Below, in pieces: positions 1 to 6,323 of a DNA stretch of 9,053 nt. This DNA is from Azolla caroliniana. Taxonomy: Eukaryota > Plantae > Polypodiophyta. The DNA is taken from positions 1-9,053 of the forward strand of contig JBHGNT010001395.1 of assembly GCA_043228905.1 (NCBI GenBank), read 5' to 3'. Under the pieces are notes generated by a model. That model saw nothing but the letters and a program-made list of their open reading frames with translations, searched no databases and had not been told where the DNA came from. Position 1 is the first letter of the stretch; every line of letters begins with the position of its first letter. The translations under genes were made by a program, and so were the position numbers.

Positions 1-342
1 ACGGGATTGTTAATGAGGTGAATTGCGCTCTGTGAGTCGCAATAGATGGTCGGTGATGGTTGGCCGATTCGGCTTGTAGATGAGAAGTCGGTAGACAGTC
101 GGTGCAACCAGATCGCTTCCTTCGATGCCTTTGATGTTACTATGTACTCGGCCTCTGTGGTCGATAGGGTCGTGCACTCTTGAAGCTTTGACCTCCATGA
201 TATCACACCGCCACCATAGGTGAAAATATAGCCTGATGTTGACTTCCGATTGTTCGTATTTCTGGCATAGTCGGAGTCAGTGTAGCCTTCGACTTCGGCT
301 GAGGTTGTCAAACTGAAAGTCAGTTGTATCTTCGGTCCCCCT
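1..342 (-). pseudogene. pol: Ty1/copia pol fragment (RNase H) of element A; runs off the window and is cut at 342 by element B
   Basis: My translation (not in the ORF track): RGTED/frameshift/QLTFSLTTSAEVEGYTDSDYARNTNNRKSTSGYIFTYGGGVISWRSKLQECTTLSTTEAEYIVTSKASKEAIWLHRL...IYCDSQSAIHLINNP. Contains the copia RNase H motifs GYxDxD, RKSTSGY, ISWxSK, STTEAEY and CDSQSAI. Confidence 0.93.
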
Positions 343-418
343 TGTTGGGGACAAGGCCGTCAATGCGGAAGTGCAAGCTACATTCATGATGAAGAAGACC
401 CTGTGTATGCGCATAAGC

Positions 419-423
<5 letters not shown>

Positions 424-452
<29 letters not shown>
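424..452. repeat. (AG)14 microsatellite at the LINE 3' flank
   Basis: Read directly; runs into (AGAT)4 at 450-465. Confidence 0.97.
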
Positions 453-456
<4 letters not shown>

Positions 457-1568
457 TAGATAGATTATATTATCGTCTTCGGAGGTCAAATATGACCTAT
501 GAGACCAAAAATATTACATTTCACGTGATACGTGTGAAAGTGAGTAGTGACTCTCGATGTTCAAGAACTTTACCAATGAATGTTGCAATCAAGAGTGCAC
601 ATTGTGGTTGTGAGAGGAATTCATGCAAAGATTGGGCTCGATCGAAGAGATGTGGAAAGCATGGTCGAATATGATCAAAGGCAGAGAGCATTGTATCAAA
701 GTGTGATAGTCAGACTCACGAACTTGTTTAGGACAAAGTGTGCATAGCCGACCACTCTCATCACTTGTACCCCAACGCCCTGTTTTACATCGCAATGCAT
801 GTGAACTAAGTCACATGGAAGCAATGGTTCGAATGGAAGATAACGGTATGGGCTCTAACATGTATGGATGTGTACGATTTCCCCGTTCCGCAAAGAATAT
901 GGTTTTGTAGTTAGGTGCAACATGTGTAGTATAATGTGTGAAGCGTGAGCCTCCACATTTGTCCCATGTCATGATACATGGCGTTGCAAAAATGCCTCAT
1001 TTACAGAGGAATCTAATGATGCATCATGAAGCAAGTGTCTCGCATCCCATCTACCAAACCATTTTTCTATATCTTGCATCCAACCGGAACACAAAATTTT
1101 GCTTTTCTGCGTCTTTTGGATCTTTTTGCTTGCTTCCCACGCAATTCTAGGAAGTCGATGTGAGGGACTTTTTTGAACCTTAAGCATGTATTCAACAACC
1201 CTTTCCATGGCCATGATCTCAATGGGAAGCGATCCCGTCTCAAGGAGGAGGAGGGTGTAGGGCGTTTGTTTCTAAACTTGTAGAAACTTGGTAAGAAAAT
1301 GCTTATGGACATTTTCAAACTCTTTCCACATAGATTTAGGGATGCTACCGCCCCATACTTCCACCCCATAGAGAAGTACCGGTGTCACCAAAGTGTCGAA
1401 AAGATATTTCTTGAGGACCCAACACTTAATATCTCCAAGATTGCATGTGTTCTCAAATGCATAGTATGCTCGCTTGCCCGCCTCTAAGCAGTGTGTAGCA
1501 CATTCATTCCATCTATGATTTGAAGGAACTTCAAGGCCAAGATATTTGAAGCTTTCCACACATTCAAG

Positions 1569-1570
<2 letters not shown>
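453..1570 (-). mobile_element. 5'-truncated non-LTR retrotransposon (RTE/RTEX-like LINE) with an (ATCT)n tail, inserted in (GA)n/(TC)n
   Basis: Decayed ORF2 C-terminus, short 3'UTR and (ATCT)4 tail, with (GA)n on both sides. The 5' end is cut just before the RT thumb FKYLG motif. Confidence 0.88.
521..1570 (-). pseudogene. LINE ORF2 C-terminal region (RT thumb to CCHC zinc knuckle), disrupted
   Basis: Stitched translation: PLECVESFKYLG...PVLLYGVEVWG...FLQV*KQTPYTLLLLETGSLPIE...LPRIAWE.../fs ~975/...IASM*LSSHALRCKTGRW...RLCTLCPKQVRESDYHTLIQC/fs ~685/AFDHIRPCFPHLF...FTRIT* (stop at 521-523). CX2CX9HX4C motif at 688-744. Confidence 0.88.

Positions 1571-1607
<37 letters not shown>
1571..1607. 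repeat. (GA)18 microsatellite at the LINE 5' flank
   Basis: Read directly; abuts the LINE truncation point. Confidence 0.97.
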
Positions 1608-1608
<1 letters not shown>

Positions 1609-1686
1609 CACAAAGAAAACGAAATATCACAATAGCAACAATTATAAAGAATGACAACCAACCTTTACTAAAGGTTACAAAGTCAC

Positions 1687-1695
1687 TTTATATAG
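1687..1695 (-). promoter_or_regulatory. Putative TATA box of LTR B
   Basis: CTATATAAA on the minus strand, about 110 bp into the LTR. An alternative CTATATATAG lies at 1725-1734. Confidence 0.5.
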
Positions 1696-1802
1696 TGACT
1701 ATCCTAGGGCAACTGCCCTTTATGCTATATATAGAAATAGCCCAAACTTGGGATGTCCAAAGGGACAGTGTGAATACGGCCATTATACACTCGTATTCCA
1801 CA

Positions 1803-1809
1803 CTCCCCC
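1803..1809 (-). other. Polypurine tract of B
   Basis: GGGGGAG immediately followed by the TG LTR start, downstream of the pol stop at 2000. Confidence 0.85.
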
Positions 1810-1999
1810 GTAATGGGCGTATACATGGGTTATCTAAAAAATTACAGGTATATACAAGGTTTATCGGACAGATCGGTTTTGTTAGAGTTGGCAAGATCCG
1901 AAGATAGGAGACCGAACCGGTCGGGTCGGAAGAGCTGAAGTAGATCCTCAAAGAACCGAGGTCTGTTATCTGAAACCGTCCTGTGCTGTGTGTCCGACT

Positions 2000-4134
2000 T
2001 TAATTGGACCGATTTTTCGTCACGCCCATATGGTGCCGAAGGGACCGGAAACGATCTGCTGAAAGACACTTGGTTATTCCATCTGCGACATTATCCGTTG
2101 TGGATATTTTCTCGAGACCGATTTTCCCTGAAATGATGCAGTGCCAAACGAAGTGATATCGAACGTTGATATGCTTGGAGGCGTTGTGGTGAACCGGATT
2201 CTTTGACAAAGCAACAACACCCTGACTGTCGATGTAGACAACTGGAGCCGAGTGAAGGTCGACTTGTCGAAACGTGTGCTCTAGCCGACCGAGCCATAAA
2301 GCTTCTTTTGCCGCATCAGACGCAGCTACATATTCCGCTTCGGTCGTTGAGGTGGATGTGCACTCCTGAAGTTTCGACTTCCACGAGATTGCTCCATTGC
2401 CGAATTTGAAACAATATCTGGTTGTTGATTTCCGACTGTCCACGCAGCTAGTGAAGTCCGAGTCGGTGTAACCGACTACGCCTGAGGTTGAGTTCGGGCC
2501 AAAAAGAATGTCGTGGTCTTTTGTGCCAACTAGATATCTGAACACATGCTTGACTACCTTCCAGTGCGATCGGCCGGGGTTGTGCATGAATCTGTTGACG
2601 ACTCCTACGACCGTGTCACGACCGTGTCATGACCATCGCGTACATAAGGGAGCCGACTGCCGGTGCATACGGTACCGACTTCATATCTTCCCCCTTCGGA
2701 CCGGATGTCGGGCAGTCTCACTGAGACGAAGGTTAATGGGGAGTGGGGTCGAAGCAGACTTGGCCGAGTGCATGGTGAAGCGTTCCAAGACATGTCCGAT
2801 GTAGTCGGTTTGAGACAAGAAAAGTTGTCGAGTATCGCGATGCCGACTAATCTTCATTCCAAGTATGTGTCTTGCCGGACCGAGGTCGTTCATGGCAAAC
2901 TTCAACCGCAGTTTTCGAACGAGTTCGGTGAGCTCTCCGGCATGTCGGCCGGAGAGTAGCATGTCAGCCACGTAGATGATGAGGAAGACGGGAGACCCGT
3001 CTTGAATTGTTTTGGTGAAGAGACAGTGGTCCTCATCACTCTTTGAGAAGCCAATCGACTGGATGAAGTCGTCAAACTTCTTGTACCATTGTCGGGGTGC
3101 CTGTTTCAGGCCGTAGAGACTCTTCCTGAGTGGGCAGACTAGATGTTCCTGGCCGGATGCCACAAAGCCTTTCGGCTGCTCCAGATAGATTTCCTCCTGT
3201 AGGTCACCATGGAGGAATGCCGTTTTTACATCTAACTGAATCAGCTCCATGTTGTCGGTGGCCATGACGCCGAGCATGAAACGAAGGGTTGTCATTTTCA
3301 GCACTGGTGAAAAGATTTCATCGAAGTCGACACCAAGTTCTTGTGGAAATCCCTTTGCAACTAGTCTGGCCTTGTACTTTGGGTTGGTTGAGTTGGACGT
3401 CTCTTTTAGTCGATAGACCCACTTACATGGAAGAGCACGTCGATTCTTCGGTAATTCGACCAAGTCCCAAGTCTTGTTTGCGCGAATGGAGTGCATTTCC
3501 GACTCCATCGCTAGATGCCAGGTGGCTGAGTCAGCTGATGCCGATGCTTCTTCGTAAGACGTCGGTTCGATGGCGTCGGTAAAGAAAATTCCGGGAGAGT
3601 ACCTCTCCGGAGGTTGCAATAGTCTCTCGGATCTGCGAGGTATGACTGGACTAGTCGCATCAGGTGTCAATGTCGGATGGTTGGGAGCCGAGCTATTCGG
3701 CTGGCCGAATCGGTGGATATGATGCGAGAGTTGTTGGTTACCCGTGAAACACATCTCGTGTTGTGGGCTAGGCCGTCATGAAGGGTTGGCACTTCGGAAA
3801 ATATTACCCTTTGGACTTCAATACGCCTTTCGGCTGTTTTATGCATAGCCGACTCATTGAACACGACGTCCGAACTTCAGACGATTTGTCTGTACTCGAT
3901 GTCCTAGAGTCGGTATCCGATCTCGCCATCGGGTCCATACCCAAGGAAAACGCATTTCCTTGATCTTGGTTCGAGTTTTCGGTGATCGTCTTTTGGTATG
4001 AGGGCGTATGCCTCGCAACCGAAGATCCTCAGCTTGTCATAATTCGGCTTACTGCCGGTCCATATTTCCTGAGGTATTTGAAGTCCTAGAGGTCTACTTG
4101 GCGACCTATTTATTATGTGTACTGCCGTAATTAG
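2000..4134 (-). pseudogene. pol: Copia pol of B: integrase C-terminus, RT and RNase H; multiple stops and frameshifts
   Basis: 4134-3865 reads LITAVHIINRSPS...LRIFGCEAY...KLEPRSRKCVFLGY...GYRL*D (integrase tail). ORF 2681-3754 is RT, with YVDD changed to YVAD at 2963-2974. Frame breaks near 2715 and 2610 flank PYAPAVGSLMYAMV. ORF 2000-2587 is RNase H (GYTDSDF, STTEAEY, KHINVRYHF, NVADGITK). Confidence 0.96.
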
Positions 4135-4582
4135 TGTTAAGAAAACGTGAAGAAGGCACTCGGGCTCTTCTTATGTGCGCGGCGCATCGTGGTGTGCTGG
4201 ATCATTTGGTGCTCAAACACAGAAGGTAAGGGGGAAGGAGACTTACATCTGTAGCAACCAAAACTTCTTCTATTTCATTACACGCAGAGCTCTACTTGCT
4301 CTCGTCTGTTTCTCTCTTCTACTCTCACTCTCTGAGTTCTTCCTCTCTAGCCTCACTCTCTCTCTCAGAGTTCTACTTCATGTATATTTCTTACTTACCT
4401 ACTCTCTTACTTTTTACCTAAGTAATAAGTTACTTACATATGCAACTAATTAGTTGTCAATCGCTAAATAGCTGCTAGTAGCTAATTAGCTGTTTCTCCT
4501 TTATGTTCGCAAGTAGCTAAATAGCTACTATAGCTTATTTCCCAATAAGCATCACATACCATGTTGAGCTTGCTTCTCAACA
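4135..4582 (-). repeat. 3' LTR of C (448 bp)
   Basis: Termini TGTTGAGAA (4582, minus) and TGTTAAGAA (4135, plus) form an 8/9 terminal inverted repeat. The PPT is adjacent at 4583, and B's coding sequence resumes at 4134. Confidence 0.88.
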
Positions 4583-4591
4583 CTCCCCCTC
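4583..4591 (-). other. Polypurine tract of C
   Basis: GAGGGGGAG directly before TG, about 10 bp after the pol stop at 4601-4603. Confidence 0.88.
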
Positions 4592-4600
4592 AAGCTCAAC

Positions 4601-5745
4601 TTATCCTTTCTTGGGATTATCTACAACTTCCTTTCCATGATGGTTTTCAGCCATCATATCAGTGTCTACAACTCCCATCATGTTCCGAAACTGTGTATGC
4701 TTTTCCACACTCAATCCCTTTGTGAGAATATCAGTAACCTGTTGATTTGTATTCACATACACCAGATCAACTTCTCCTCAAAGTGATAATGCACTTCAAT
4801 GTGCTTTGTTCTTGCATGGAATATTGGGTTTTTTGCAAGTTGAATGTTGCTCATATTGTCACACCAGATTGTGACAGTACCATCTATATACTCTCCCAAA
4901 TCAGCAAGAAATCTTCTGATCCATACCTCTTCACAAGTGGCTATGGTGGCTCCTCTGTACTCAACTTCAGTACTAGACAATGCAACAGTAGCTTGTTTCT
5001 TGCTACTCCATGAAATACCTGCACTTCCCAATGTAAACATATATCCACTTGTGGATCTTCTATCTGTTTGGCTTCCAGCCCAATCAACATCTATATATCC
5101 TTCCAGATTTATGTCCAAATCAGCCTTGTAAAACAATCCATACTTCTGAGTAGCTTTTACATACCTCAAAATTCTTCTAATGCAGTCCAAATGTGGCTTT
5201 GTTGGCTGTTGCATAAATTCGCTGACTAATCCAACTGCATAACTCAAATAAGGTCTTGTTATGGTCAAATAAATAAGGCTGCCCACCATAGACCTGTACA
5301 TGTTTACATCTTCTATTTTGGCTCCCAAATCAGCCCTCAATTTGCAGTTTTTATCTAGTGGTACTCCAATAGGTTTGCATCCAAGCATACCATACTTTTT
5401 CAACATAGTTGTTCCATATTGTCTTTGCAACACATATATACCACTTTCAGATCTGATGATTTCAATACCCAAAAAATATCTCAGATCTCCCAAATCTTTC
5501 ACATGAAACTGCATTTCCAAATTTCTTTACAGCTTACTTATTTCATCCATGGAATCACCTCCAATGATGAGATCATCAACATAAATCAGAATCACAACAA
5601 TACAATCATCTTTCCTTTTAACATACAATGATGAATCAGCCTTTGACATTTTGAAGTGAAGTTTTTTCAGATAATCTGAAAGTTCTCTATGCCATGCTCT
5701 TGGTGCTTGTTTCAGTCCATAGAGAGCCTTTTTTAGCTTACATAC
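4601..5745 (-). pseudogene. pol: Copia pol of C: RT C-terminal half and RNase H, disrupted
   Basis: VCKLKKALYGLKQAPRAW...IYVDDLII (YVDD at 5572-5583), in-frame TAA at 5527-5529, then ORF 4753-5520. A deletion/frameshift follows HYHF (~4780), then GEVDLVYVNTNQQVTDILTKGL...NPKKG* (4601). Confidence 0.96.
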
Positions 5746-6312
5746 TGTTAAGGATCTATGTATCGATGGAGTAAGCTCCTCGATGTCGTGGCGGGATTCA
5801 GACCGGCGTATACCCTCTTGATGGCGAATCGGGCGGAGGTGGTTGTCGGATACCTCCGAGCCTCACACTCACTCAACGATTAGTAAATGATTAAGCACGA
5901 TATCTCTCTCACTCTCTCAAGCTCTATCTCATAAACAATAGATCAATAGTATAGACAATAAGAAGCAAGAGTATGTCTATTATTAACCCTCTTTGCTAAG
6001 AGGTCTAGCACCAACAAGGAGAGAGATTAGTGTTCTCTAACTCAACACTTCACTAATCTCTCTTAAGCTCAAAGGTTACAAGAAAGAGGGGAGGAAGCTC
6101 TAGCTCTAATCAATAGGAGATCTTTACAAATGGGAGAACCCCCACAAAGCCACTACTATGTGGTTTATATAGCTTTCACGTTTAGGGTATGGGCCTTTCA
6201 CATTTGGCCGTCTCTTTGCTTTCCTTTCCTCTTGCCGTTTCCTCTTCATACTACGTCTTTGTTGATGCGTTCTTATTCGTGACTGGTTGTGTTGTTATCC
6301 CAACACTTAACA
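5746..6312 (-). repeat. 3' LTR of D (567 bp)
   Basis: Perfect 7-bp terminal inverted repeat TGTTAAG...CTTAACA. C's RT resumes at 5745. PPT adjacent; CTATATAAA at 6164-6172. Confidence 0.88.
6164..6172 (-). promoter_or_regulatory. Putative TATA box of LTR D
   Basis: CTATATAAA about 140 bp into the LTR, in element orientation. Confidence 0.55.
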
Positions 6313-6320
6313 TCTCCCCC
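6313..6320 (-). other. Polypurine tract of D
   Basis: GGGGGAGA directly before TGTTAAG. Confidence 0.8.
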
Positions 6321-6323
6321 AAC

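Larger units (their letters stand above)
343..1802 (-). repeat. 3' LTR of B (about 320-340 bp once the LINE is removed), split by a LINE insertion
   Basis: Starts TGTGGAATAC at 1802 directly after the PPT and ends CCCCAACA at 343, exactly where A's coding sequence resumes. Contains a CTATATAAA box. The partner LTR is outside the window, so the 343 boundary is inferred. Confidence 0.75.
343..4134 (-). mobile_element. Ty1/copia LTR retrotransposon B (Tnt1/Tork-like), 3' part; nested in A and interrupted at 4134 by C
   Basis: Minus-strand order is integrase C-terminus, RT, RNase H, 3'UTR, PPT, LTR (copia domain order). The RT text GVDFDEIFSPV, QLDVKTAFLHGDL, KSLYGLKQAPRQWY is Tnt1-like by my recall. 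Confidence 0.9.
4135..5745 (-). mobile_element. Ty1/copia LTR retrotransposon C (Ale-like, tentative), 3' part; nested in B's integrase and interrupted at 5745 by D
   Basis: Order is RT, RNase H, PPT, LTR. More AT-rich than B and clearly different in protein sequence (KALYGLKQAPRAW, VGSLIYLTITRP, FHARTKHIEVHYHF). Confidence 0.9.

Noticed and set aside
1-342. A as a duplicate or continuation of B's RNase H
   Set aside because: The proteins are related but clearly divergent (DYARNTNNRKSTSGYIFTYGGG vs DFTSCVDSRKSTTRYCFKFGNG), and B has its own complete RNase H, PPT and LTR.
277-489. 70-aa ORF with an LSLSLS hydrophobic run, and the similar N-terminus of ORF 1272-1661
   Set aside because: These are translations of (CT)n microsatellites across element junctions, not signal peptides.
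4175-4453. 92-aa Leu/Ser-rich ORF resembling a membrane protein
   Set aside because: Lies within LTR C and derives from CT-rich low-complexity sequence.
2000-5520. Retron, DGR or other prokaryotic RT system
   Set aside because: RT and RNase H motifs, domain order, PPTs and LTRs are canonical Ty1/copia.
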